A DNA stretch of 18,738 bases, taken from positions 1 through 18,738 of the forward strand of contig JAYEKO010000034.1 of assembly GCA_034661055.1 (NCBI GenBank). Direction: 5' to 3'. Both the position numbers and the translations under genes were made by a program. Position 1 is the first letter of the stretch. Every line of letters begins with the position of its first letter. Source of the stretch: Campylobacterota bacterium (GTDB lineage: Bacteria > Campylobacterota > Campylobacteria > Campylobacterales > Sulfurimonadaceae). Shown in pieces: positions 1 to 8,498 of the stretch. The notes under the pieces were generated by a model, which was given only the letters and a program-made list of their open reading frames with translations, was not told where the DNA came from and ran no database searches.

Positions 1-247
1 CTTTCTTACTCTTTTTATCTATTGTGTCAATATTTTGGTTAAGTTCAAGTTTAACAGTAGGGTCTAAAGGCAGGGAGATTGAATCTGGACTTTGTGTATT
101 ATCAACCAGACGACATAGATGTATTCTGTCATATGGAGGATATTGTTCATTACTAAGAAGGGTCAGCTCCAAAGAGCTATCTTGATGTTTTAAACTATTT
201 GCTAAATAAACAGCGGCGATACCACCGCCAACGATTACTATTCTCAT
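1..247 (-). CDS. 5' part of an FAD/NAD(P)H-dependent oxidoreductase, NirB/NasB (nitrite reductase large subunit)-like; runs off the window start
   Basis: Not in the ORF track; manual translation from ATG at 247: MRIVIVGGGIAAVYLANSLKHQDSSLELTLLSNEQYPPYDRIHLCRLV... Has the GxGxxA Rossmann motif and a PYDRxHL motif typical of NirB-type N-termini; GAGG SD upstream; frame open to position 1. Confidence 0.8.
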   Translation of the reverse strand, partial: MRIVIVGGGIAAVYLANSLKHQDSSLELTLLSNEQYPPYDRIHLCRLVDNTQSPDSISLPLDPTVKLELNQNIDTIDKKSKK

Positions 248-279
248 CGGTAACCTCACAATAAGCAGTTATTGTAAGT

Positions 280-285
280 ATTATA
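280..285 (-). promoter_or_regulatory. Putative sigma70 -10 box for the oxidoreductase gene
   Basis: Perfect TATAAT on the minus strand ~33 nt upstream of the ATG at 247. Confidence 0.5.
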
Positions 286-305
286 CTACTTTTTACATGT
301 ATTTT

Positions 306-1016
306 TTAACCGATATTGGTAAAGACCTCTTGAACATCTTCATCTTCTTCAATTTTTTGAAGCATCTTATCGACTTCATCTTGCTGCTGCTCTGTCAACG
401 TCACTGGAGTATTGGCAATACGCTGTAAGTTTGCTTTAGAGAGTTCAATGTTCATCGTCTCAAATGCTTCATTAAGCGTTCCAAAATCTTTATAGTCAGC
501 TGTTACAAGAACAATACCATCTTCTTCTTCTATCTCTTCAAGACCAGCATCAATAAGTTCTAACTCCAACTCTTCTAAATCCATATCTTCAGTTTTATTG
601 AACTCAAAAATAGCTTTACGTGAAAACATGAACTCTAGTGAGCCTTTATTAAGCATCTCTCCACCATTTTTATTGAAGTGATTTTTAACATTAGCTACAG
701 TTCGAGTATTGTTATCGGTGGCACATTCAACAAATACTAAAACACCATGTGCGCCTTTTCCTTCAAAGTTTACCTCAAGCATATCACTTGCATCTTTTGC
801 AGTGGCACGCTTAATAGCTGCTTCAATATTATCTTTAGGCATATTTTCAGATTTTGCATTTAAAATTGCTGTACGAAGTCTCGGATTCATTTCAGGATCA
901 GTTCCACCATCTTTAGCTGCCATGGTAATAACTTTACCTAACTTTGGAAATAGTTTTGACATTGCCCCCCAACGCTTTAATTTTGAGGCTTTTCGATATT
1001 CAAATGCTCTTCCCAT
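306..1016 (-). CDS. yebC: YebC/PmpR family protein
   Basis: MGRAFEYRK N-terminus, NPRLR, MPKDNIEAAIKRA, TDNNTRT, EEDEDVQEVFTN motifs; AAGGGA SD. Confidence 0.96.
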   Translation of the reverse strand: MGRAFEYRKASKLKRWGAMSKLFPKLGKVITMAAKDGGTDPEMNPRLRTAILNAKSENMPKDNIEAAIKRATAKDASDMLEVNFEGKGAHGVLVFVECATDNNTRTVANVKNHFNKNGGEMLNKGSLEFMFSRKAIFEFNKTEDMDLEELELELIDAGLEEIEEEDGIVLVTADYKDFGTLNEAFETMNIELSKANLQRIANTPVTLTEQQQDEVDKMLQKIEEDEDVQEVFTNIG

Positions 1017-1042
1017 GATTTCCCTTAGTAATTTTTTATGGA

Positions 1043-1048
1043 ATTATA
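1043..1048 (-). promoter_or_regulatory. Putative -10 box for yebC
   Basis: TATAAT on the minus strand ~27 nt upstream of the yebC ATG. Confidence 0.55.
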
Positions 1049-1093
1049 CAGAAATTTTAGTATCATGTCACAAATATTTTTTTGGAGGTTCAA

Positions 1094-1189
1094 ATGCAGG
1101 AATTTGCAACAGAAGAGACAAAGTTTATGGTTTTAATAGTAATTTTAGTAGTTTTCTACTTTGTATTAAAACAAAAAAAAGAAAAATAG
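1094..1189 (+). CDS. Putative 31-aa single-pass membrane peptide MQEFATEETKFMVLIVILVVFYFVLKQKKEK
   Basis: GGAGG SD at 1084-1088, 5 nt before ATG 1094; 15-residue hydrophobic run followed by a Lys-rich tail; TAG at 1187-1189. Below the ORF track cutoff. Confidence 0.6.
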   Translation: MQEFATEETKFMVLIVILVVFYFVLKQKKEK

Positions 1190-1221
1190 ACATTTTAAGA
1201 CACCAATAAACAAAAGTTAAG

Positions 1222-1227
1222 TATAAT
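1222..1227 (+). promoter_or_regulatory. Putative -10 box for the exosortase cassette
   Basis: TATAAT ~33 nt upstream of ATG 1261 in AT-rich context. Confidence 0.4.
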
Positions 1228-1260
1228 TCGAAGCTTAATAATTTAAATTTTTGGTACTCA

Positions 1261-1839
1261 ATGAACAAACTTTTTATACTACTATCACTTATATTGCTAA
1301 CGGCATCTAATGCAAAATCAGAAAATATTTTGCTTGATTTTGAAAAAATCACAACGACTCCAGACTCTGTTGCTAACTTTTATGACACAGAATTTGGAGT
1401 TGTTTTTGACACTCAAGCCGCAGCATACAGACATGCTGATAGAGCATTTTCAAACGAACCGTCATTTGAAACAATTCTCTATTCAAGTAGCGACTTTTTT
1501 ATGCATAGACCATCTGGCTTTAAAGACATACTCTCATTTTACCACTCAAATAATCATGATACTTCTGTTACAATTTTTGATGCTTCTAGTAATATTTTGG
1601 CTACCGCTACCTTAACAGCTACAGGTAATCCTGATCCCAATAACCCAAGCATATGGGAACGTGCAACTATTAACTTTAATGGTACAGCAACTCGCGTTGC
1701 TTTTAGTGGAGATACACTCTATGACAATATTCAGCTTGGTAAGACTACAGTGCCTACCTTATCAGGTTTTTTCAAACTTCTTTTACTAATGCTACTTGCA
1801 GGTATTTCAATAAGACGCCTACAGCCACATCGCTCTTAA
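1261..1839 (+). CDS. Secreted protein with a C-terminal IPTL-CTERM-like sorting signal
   Basis: N-terminal signal peptide (MNKLFILLSLILLTASNA); C-terminus VPTLS + hydrophobic helix + RR (VPTLSGFFKLLLLMLLAGISIRRL, from nt 1750); adjacent to an exosortase gene. Confidence 0.85.
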   Translation: MNKLFILLSLILLTASNAKSENILLDFEKITTTPDSVANFYDTEFGVVFDTQAAAYRHADRAFSNEPSFETILYSSSDFFMHRPSGFKDILSFYHSNNHDTSVTIFDASSNILATATLTATGNPDPNNPSIWERATINFNGTATRVAFSGDTLYDNIQLGKTTVPTLSGFFKLLLLMLLAGISIRRLQPHRS

Positions 1840-1843
1840 TATC

Positions 1844-2362
1844 ATGTCTGAACCTAAGAGTAATGAAATTAAAAAATTCATAATTTTTTATGTTATTTAC
1901 ATGCTTTTAGCATTTGCACTGATTGAATACGAAAGCATGAAAGAGCTACTACAGCTTGACTTTTTTTACACTGGAACTGTTGTTTGGCTAAGCACACACC
2001 TTATTGAGTTAATTGGAATTAATGTCAGCTCCAGTGGTGCTTTCTTGCATCTTAACAGTGCTATCATGGAGGTAAAATTTGGCTGCAACGGACTTGAGGC
2101 AATTCTTCTATATTGTGCCGCAGTGCTAGCCTTTCCTGCATCATGGAAAGATCGAATTTTAGGAATTATTATTGGCTCTACCCTACTTCAAGTTTTTAAT
2201 CTTATTAGAATTACAATTTTAGCATGGGTTCTTGAGTATCAAAGAGATATTTTTGATGTGATGCATGAGTACATCACTCAGAGTATTATGATTGTTATTG
2301 CATTTGTCATCTTTTTAATCTATTTACAGTATATTCAAAATGAAAAAATCACTGCTTCATAA
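1844..2362 (+). CDS. xrtH: Exosortase H (IPTL-CTERM-associated exosortase/archaeosortase family)
   Basis: Short 172-aa multi-TM protein with catalytic Cys (FGCNGLEA), Arg (NLIRI) and His (VMHEY); lies next to an IPTL-like substrate. Confidence 0.88.
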   Translation: MSEPKSNEIKKFIIFYVIYMLLAFALIEYESMKELLQLDFFYTGTVVWLSTHLIELIGINVSSSGAFLHLNSAIMEVKFGCNGLEAILLYCAAVLAFPASWKDRILGIIIGSTLLQVFNLIRITILAWVLEYQRDIFDVMHEYITQSIMIVIAFVIFLIYLQYIQNEKITAS

Positions 2363-2996
2363 TAAAATAGTAAAAATAGCGCTCTATTTTTTACTCAGTT
2401 TTGCTCTGATACTTCCAGTATGGCTTCAAGTAAATAACCATTACAACCACTTCATTACCAATATGATGTTTCATGTTACCGCACTAAAATATGAGTTTAA
2501 CATTACTAAGACATCCGTAAAAGAGAGTGAAATTACATTTACCATTAAAAACAACACCCCTATAAAAGACTTCAGAGATGTGGAACGTTCTATAGATGCA
2601 GATGTTCTCTTAGATACAAGTTCAGTGACCTTTAATGTTCCCATGACACTGGCACTTCTTCTGGCATTAGCACTAAGTTTCAGCGCTACTCTTAAAGAAA
2701 AAAGCACTCTTTTATTAAAGAGTATGTCTCTTTTAATACTATTACATGTAATTACTATTTTAATTATCTCGGTATCAACGCTTATTCAGAGTGCTTACAG
2801 TTCTCAACTAATGCAGTTTTATCTCAACAGGTTTTACTTACCTCAGGAGTTTATATTTAACTTTGCATCAATTCTAAACAGTTATGCCTCACGTTTTGAG
2901 CCATTTTTACTAGCAATATTTATGTGGTGGATGCTACAGGGAGTAGAAGAACACCCAGAGGAAACCGTGAGTAAAGAAGAGCTTCCTAACTTTTAA
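2340..2996 (+). CDS. Probable exosortase H-associated membrane protein
   Basis: Overlaps the xrtH stop; N-terminal TM, a soluble loop, then several TM helices (NVPMTLALLLALAL...). Assignment rests mainly on position after xrtH. Confidence 0.65.
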   Translation: MKKSLLHNKIVKIALYFLLSFALILPVWLQVNNHYNHFITNMMFHVTALKYEFNITKTSVKESEITFTIKNNTPIKDFRDVERSIDADVLLDTSSVTFNVPMTLALLLALALSFSATLKEKSTLLLKSMSLLILLHVITILIISVSTLIQSAYSSQLMQFYLNRFYLPQEFIFNFASILNSYASRFEPFLLAIFMWWMLQGVEEHPEETVSKEELPNF

Positions 2997-3483
2997 AATA
3001 CGTTGGAATTAACTCTTTAATACGCTTATATATTTTAATAAAGTCAGTTGAATAGACACGGTTTTGTCCTATTGAGGTAATAAAATTAGTGTCACCTCTA
3101 AAGCGTGGAACTACATGTAAATGAATATGCTCAGCAATTCCCGCACCTCCGGCATCACCTAAGTTCATTCCAATATTGACTCCATGAGCTCCAAATCCCT
3201 CTTTAAGAAGTCGTACCCCTTTTTGTGCCAAATCACACATATGTAGCCATACATCTGAATCTAAAGCTTCAAGTTTATCGGTATGCTTATGTGGAATAAT
3301 CATAAAATGGCCCGGTGTATATGGATAACGATTCATAACAACAAAACAGTGCTCATCTCGATGAAGTACATGTAAATTCTCGTCATCATCTTCGTGCGTG
3401 CCAATATGACAAAATACACACCCTTCTATTTTCTTACCTGAGACATATTCACTACGCCATGGTGCATATAAAATATCTTCCAT
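2986..3483 (-). CDS. HIT family hydrolase
   Basis: LYAPWRSEY, CVFC, NRYPYTPGH and histidine triad HIHLHVVP. Confidence 0.95.
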   Translation of the reverse strand: MEDILYAPWRSEYVSGKKIEGCVFCHIGTHEDDDENLHVLHRDEHCFVVMNRYPYTPGHFMIIPHKHTDKLEALDSDVWLHMCDLAQKGVRLLKEGFGAHGVNIGMNLGDAGGAGIAEHIHLHVVPRFRGDTNFITSIGQNRVYSTDFIKIYKRIKELIPTYFKS

Positions 3484-3492
3484 TGAAGTTCC

Positions 3493-4776
3493 TTATAGAA
3501 ATGCAAATACTAAGTCTGGAAAAAGTATGACAATTCCCAGTGCTAAAAGCTGAAGCACAATAAAAGGAAAAATTCCTCTATATATCTGCATTGTAGTTAC
3601 TAAATTATTGGCTGCTCCTTTTAGGAAAAAGAGTGCCAAACCAAAAGGTGGGGTTAGGAATGATGCCTGTAAGTTAAGTGCAATAAGAACAGCAAACCAT
3701 ATTGGATCAATTCCAAACGCTTCCATTACCGGTACTAAGATAGGCACAATAATAAAAGAGATTTCAATAAAGTCAATAAAAAAACCTAAAATAAAAATTG
3801 CCAGCATCGCAACACCAATGAAGACCCAGACATCTCCAATATCATGACTAAAGAACTCCAAGATCATATCGGTTCCACCAAGCTCATTAAACACCAGTGA
3901 AAAAGCCGTAGCCCCAAAGAGAATCATAAAGATCATACCGCTAAGTTTGACTGTTTCATATGCTGCATATTTAACTATTTTAAAATTAAAAGAGTGGTTA
4001 ATCATACTTAAAATAATGGCACCTAAAACACCAAATGCAGCAGACTCTGTAGGAGATGCTACTCCCATAAAAATAGAGCCTAAAACAGAGGCCATCAAGA
4101 GCAGCGGAGGAACAATAGCAAAAATAATCTCTTTAAAGCTGACATCTTTAATTGTCTCATCAATGGGAAGCTTATGTGGTTTTACAAGTCCAAATAGAAC
4201 AATATAGATAATATATAGGCCAACTAAGAGAATACCAGGAAGGACAGCTCCTTTAAAAAGATCTCCTACACTCACACTCATCACATCACCCAAAATAATT
4301 AAAATGATGGAGGGAGGAATAATCTGTCCAAGTGTTCCACTTGCAGCTACTGTTCCAGATGCCAGACCTTTGTCATACCCTGCTCTAATCATAAGTGGCA
4401 ATGCTATAACACTCATCATCACTACCGAAGCACTTACAATTCCTGTAGAAGCTGCAAGCATTGCACCCACAAGTACAACACTAATTGCCAAGCCACCTTT
4501 TACAGAACGAAATAGTGAACTCATTGAGATAAGCAGACGCTCCGCCATTTGAGACTTTTCTAAAATTAGTCCCATGGCAATAAAAAGTGGCACAGCCATG
4601 AGTGTTGTGTTGCTCATAATTCCATACATTCTAAAAGGAAGGACATTAAAGACCTCAAGTGTTAGTTCTGGTGAGAAGTAAGCGAAGAAAATTGAGACGG
4701 CACCAAATACAAAGGCTACCGGTATCCCTAAAAGCAAAAAGGCCAGTGCTGTAAAAAACATTAAAAGAGCTATCAC
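3493..4776 (-). CDS. dctM: TRAP transporter large permease subunit
   Basis: ~12 TM helices; GTLGQIIPPS, ASPTESAAFG, FLTPPFG motifs; GTG start overlapping the dctQ stop. Confidence 0.95.
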   Translation of the reverse strand: MIALLMFFTALAFLLLGIPVAFVFGAVSIFFAYFSPELTLEVFNVLPFRMYGIMSNTTLMAVPLFIAMGLILEKSQMAERLLISMSSLFRSVKGGLAISVVLVGAMLAASTGIVSASVVMMSVIALPLMIRAGYDKGLASGTVAASGTLGQIIPPSIILIILGDVMSVSVGDLFKGAVLPGILLVGLYIIYIVLFGLVKPHKLPIDETIKDVSFKEIIFAIVPPLLLMASVLGSIFMGVASPTESAAFGVLGAIILSMINHSFNFKIVKYAAYETVKLSGMIFMILFGATAFSLVFNELGGTDMILEFFSHDIGDVWVFIGVAMLAIFILGFFIDFIEISFIIVPILVPVMEAFGIDPIWFAVLIALNLQASFLTPPFGLALFFLKGAANNLVTTMQIYRGIFPFIVLQLLALGIVILFPDLVFAFL

Positions 4777-5261
4777 TTAATAGCCTTTATAGTGTGTACG
4801 GCACGCATAATATCTTTAATAGATTGCAAGAACAGCAATGCAAAAGATAACGGCATTAAAGACTTAACAATAAACCGATACGGTAACCCTCCCGGATTAG
4901 AAGAGCCTTCCATCTGTGAAAAACTTAAGGTCACAAACTCAAAACCGACATATATAACTAAAAAAGAGAATGGGGTAATAAAAATAAGTTGTGCCAAGAG
5001 GTTTACGAAAGCCTTACGTTTAGTAGAAAAATGCTCATAAAATATATCAACTCTTACATGAGCGTTCATCTGTAAGGTGTAGGCAATAGAGAGCATAATT
5101 ACAACGTCAAAAAGATGCCATTCAAGTTCTTGCAGTGCAATAGAACCTGAGCTAAATAGATAGCGTGCCAACGCATCATAAGCTACTAAAAGTACCAAAA
5201 CAACTAAAGATACTGCGGCTAAAAACCCAGCAACTCTAATGACTTTTTCAATACTTTTCAA
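4773..5261 (-). CDS. dctQ: TRAP transporter small permease subunit
   Basis: 4 TM helices; QELEWHLF and AHVRVDIFY motifs; TTG start. Confidence 0.93.
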   Translation of the reverse strand: MKSIEKVIRVAGFLAAVSLVVLVLLVAYDALARYLFSSGSIALQELEWHLFDVVIMLSIAYTLQMNAHVRVDIFYEHFSTKRKAFVNLLAQLIFITPFSFLVIYVGFEFVTLSFSQMEGSSNPGGLPYRFIVKSLMPLSFALLFLQSIKDIMRAVHTIKAIK

Positions 5262-5270
5262 AACATATCA

Positions 5271-6713
5271 CTAAATAAAATTTGGTGCATCATTAGCAAA
5301 GAGAATAATATCTCCAGCTGCAGTTTTTTGAGCTAGAGTATTTCTCAGCACTGTTTTATCTCGTAAGATGATTTTCTCATTTACATGTAATTTACTCTCA
5401 AATAGGACTCGATTCAAATCAGATGTAATAATAGCAATATCAAAAACATCATTGATAGCATCAATAAGTTGCAGATTTAACTCCTCTGTACTCTCAACTA
5501 GCCCAGGCGTAACAATAACTTTTCTTCCCTCGTGTAGCGAACATAGACGAATGCCCTCTAACATTCCATCTATATTACCGTTGTAGCCATCATCTAAAAT
5601 AATCTTACCGCCAGCTTCAATTTTCTCTAAACGATGTTCCACTGGGGTCAGTTTTTCTACTGCTTTAACAATAGTTGGCATCTCCATACCAAGTGATTGT
5701 GCTACTAAAATAGAGGCGTTAATATTGATGCTTTGAAAACCTCCTAAAATATCAGTATGAAAGTGAATCAACTCCTTAGCATTTTGCATATCAAAGTCAA
5801 TTCCATTTAGATTTGCATTTACATGTAAAATATTATTACCAAAAAATGTCACTTTATCATGGGGCACATCTGTAACACTATCATGCACAAAAGCACGTTG
5901 TAATCGATCTGAATGAATAAGCTCTAACTTAGTTCTAATGATGTTATCTAAACTACCAAAGTACTCTATGTGCTGTGGTCCTACCTTACCCACAACAACC
6001 GTTTGAGGGTGTAAAAACTGTGCAATGGTATAAATATCACCTTTTTGTCGTGCTCCTGCCTCACAAATATAGATTTCTGTATCTTGAGGCAGTGACTCAT
6101 TGACATCTCGAATAATTCCGCCAATAGTATTAATACTACGAGGCGTTGCATAGACTTTGGCATGTTTAGAGAGAATCTCTGCCATAAAATTTTTCATGCT
6201 TGTTTTACCATAACTTCCCGTAATGGCAATAATCTGAAGATCTTTTATGCTATTTAGCTTCTTTTTCGCCTGTTTTTTATAGGCTAAAAAGAGGTAATTC
6301 TCAATAAGTGTACTTCCAAGAAATGCAACAAGCAGAGGCATGAAAACACCATAAATCTCACAAACATCTTTTAAAGTACAGATGAAATTTTGAAAAAGTG
6401 TTAATGAGATTAAAAGAATTAAAAAACGTTTTACTCTCCATGTCACTACAAGTTTTTTATCGAGCTTTTTATGCCAAAGAATCATACTTGGAAGCAGTGC
6501 AAAATAGAAAAATATCCAGAAAAACTGAGAAAAAGCGTAGTAAGCAATAAATGGAACAATAAAATATCCAACATGCCATAAAGGCTTGTGATGCTTAAGC
6601 ACCACTCTCTCAATTTTATAGTCATACCACTGCAAGTTAGTAATTAAGTACCACCCTAATGTTGTCACAAAAAGAACATTGGTTACAAATGCTCCTAACT
6701 GTCCATAATCCAT
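5271..6713 (-). CDS. murF: Mur ligase (MurF-like) with an N-terminal membrane region
   Basis: ITGSYGKTS ATP-binding loop, CEAGAR, HRLE, DDGYNGN; position next to ddl and hydrolase matches the Campylobacterota murF cluster. Confidence 0.88.
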   Translation of the reverse strand: MDYGQLGAFVTNVLFVTTLGWYLITNLQWYDYKIERVVLKHHKPLWHVGYFIVPFIAYYAFSQFFWIFFYFALLPSMILWHKKLDKKLVVTWRVKRFLILLISLTLFQNFICTLKDVCEIYGVFMPLLVAFLGSTLIENYLFLAYKKQAKKKLNSIKDLQIIAITGSYGKTSMKNFMAEILSKHAKVYATPRSINTIGGIIRDVNESLPQDTEIYICEAGARQKGDIYTIAQFLHPQTVVVGKVGPQHIEYFGSLDNIIRTKLELIHSDRLQRAFVHDSVTDVPHDKVTFFGNNILHVNANLNGIDFDMQNAKELIHFHTDILGGFQSININASILVAQSLGMEMPTIVKAVEKLTPVEHRLEKIEAGGKIILDDGYNGNIDGMLEGIRLCSLHEGRKVIVTPGLVESTEELNLQLIDAINDVFDIAIITSDLNRVLFESKLHVNEKIILRDKTVLRNTLAQKTAAGDIILFANDAPNFI

Positions 6714-7451
6714 CTAATTCTCCATCTCTTTTAAACTTTTTAGTATCTCATCATTTACATGTAAATTATTTGGGGCGTTCATAAAAAAGTAGTGATCGCC
6801 ATCAAATTCAACTACTCGAGCATTATTCATAAGTTTCTGTATCTCATAAGCCGTGTAAAGCGGTGTCGCCGTATCAGCATCTCCAAAACACAGAAGTGCT
6901 TTACCTTTAAAAGTAGCAAATGATTCTGTAAAATCCTCATTGACCACATTTTTAAACGTTTCATACATGCCTGGTGAAAGAGTTGCGGCATCTGCTGCAA
7001 CAAAAACAGAGCGAAACCTCTCTAAGCCAATCAATTTAAAAAACTTAAATAGTGTAATTTTAACCTTAACACTAAGAGATTTAGGAACCAAGATTCCAGA
7101 TGAAGCCACCAAGACTAAAAGCTTTGGATTTAAAAGTGTTGCTACCTTGCCGCCAAAAGAGTGCCCTAAGATAACCTCACCTCTGAATTTTACTGCTTCT
7201 AAAAAAAGTTTTATGATTGCTGCATAGTCTGAGGTATGCAAAATACTTTCATTACTAGAGCCTCCAAAACCTGGCATATCTATGTAAATATGTCTAAAAT
7301 CGGTTAATGTAGTCTCAAAGGAACCTCTCATAAGCTCTTTATTGGAACCCCAGCCATGCAAAATAGCAATATCTTTTTTTGATGCAGGATTAATAACTTC
7401 ATAACTAATGTCATAACTGCATCCATCGTAAACTATGCTTTTAAGCGCCAC
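6714..7451 (-). CDS. Alpha/beta fold hydrolase
   Basis: LHGWG oxyanion motif, DMPGFG, nucleophile elbow GHSFGG, C-terminal GDHYF; GTG start overlapping the ddl stop. Confidence 0.92.
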   Translation of the reverse strand: MALKSIVYDGCSYDISYEVINPASKKDIAILHGWGSNKELMRGSFETTLTDFRHIYIDMPGFGGSSNESILHTSDYAAIIKLFLEAVKFRGEVILGHSFGGKVATLLNPKLLVLVASSGILVPKSLSVKVKITLFKFFKLIGLERFRSVFVAADAATLSPGMYETFKNVVNEDFTESFATFKGKALLCFGDADTATPLYTAYEIQKLMNNARVVEFDGDHYFFMNAPNNLHVNDEILKSLKEMEN

Positions 7452-8488
7452 TATTTTCCTTTAGCAGCAGAGATAGTATGAATGTATTTGTAGTCAACTT
7501 TAATGTTATTATGTTTTGGCAATGAGTTTAAAAGCATCTCTATAGAGCCTTGAAAATCTTTAAAAAGATAGTTTGCCATAGACCCTGGAATAGGATTAAT
7601 TTCATTTAAAACCACTGCTCCATCAACAATAAAAAAGTCACATCTAATTAGAGCGCCTTCAAACAGTCCTGTATAAATCTTACTAAATGTAGTTTTTAAC
7701 TCTGTAGCCATAACATCGCTTAGCTCAGCTTCGTTTACAGTAGATGAACGTGAAAAATCTAGATATTTCTTATCAAAGTCTAAAAAGTCATTTTTCTGTG
7801 GCTCTTCAACAATAGAGTAGTGCATCTCACCATTAGCACCAAATCCTGCAAGGTTATACTCTTTAACACCTTCAATAAATGGTTCAATAATCACACTCTC
7901 ATCAAATTCAAAAGCGACATCAAGCGCATACTCAATCTCACTCTCATCTTTAACAACACTTACCCCAATAGAGCTACCTAGACGTGATGGTTTAATAATA
8001 AACGGCAGAGCAGTCTTAATCTCTCGAGAATCCTGTCTTCTAAGCACTTCATAATCAACGACATCAACTCCAATAGCATTAGCCAAATACTTTGTATAAC
8101 GCTTGTCATAACTAAAGACTGAAGCATCACGACGAGGACCGATGTAGTTAATCTTGTAAAAATCAAGAAGACCGGCAACTGTTCCATCTTCGCCATCAGC
8201 ACCATGAATAAGGTTTAAGATATCTACATGTATCTCTTCGCTTCCAAAACGTTTTTTACGAGAAAATCCACCTTGAATCATTGTCACGACAGGAGATTTT
8301 TTATATTCACCGCTAGAAAAAGTCTTTGCCATCATAATTTTTGGGTCAATAAGATAGAGTGCGTGGTCTTGGTCACAAAAAATAAAGCTCAGTTCAAAAT
8401 TTGAAAGTTTCTCTTTTAGTGTAGCTGCACTTACAATGCTGATTTCATGCTCAAAACTCTGTGCTCCAAATAATATTGCTAATTTCAA
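7451..8488 (-). CDS. ddl: D-alanine--D-alanine ligase
   Basis: FEHEISIVSA, IHGADGEDG, IKPSRLGSSIG, NEINPIPG; TTG start with AAGGA SD. Confidence 0.96.
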   Translation of the reverse strand: MKLAILFGAQSFEHEISIVSAATLKEKLSNFELSFIFCDQDHALYLIDPKIMMAKTFSSGEYKKSPVVTMIQGGFSRKKRFGSEEIHVDILNLIHGADGEDGTVAGLLDFYKINYIGPRRDASVFSYDKRYTKYLANAIGVDVVDYEVLRRQDSREIKTALPFIIKPSRLGSSIGVSVVKDESEIEYALDVAFEFDESVIIEPFIEGVKEYNLAGFGANGEMHYSIVEEPQKNDFLDFDKKYLDFSRSSTVNEAELSDVMATELKTTFSKIYTGLFEGALIRCDFFIVDGAVVLNEINPIPGSMANYLFKDFQGSIEMLLNSLPKHNNIKVDYKYIHTISAAKGK

Positions 8489-8498
8489 CGATTTCCTT

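Noticed and set aside
709..1209. 166-aa plus-strand ORF
   Set aside because: Mostly an antisense shadow of yebC, with no SD or recognisable motifs.
1125..1615. ORFs 1125..1352 (-) and 1310..1615 (+)
   Set aside because: Overlap the better-supported IPTL-CTERM gene and the small membrane ORF in other frames; no coding hallmarks.
6280..6713. Membrane-spanning N-terminal extension on MurF as a novel fusion
   Set aside because: As far as I recall this is a usual feature of Campylobacterota MurF-like proteins, not specific to this locus.
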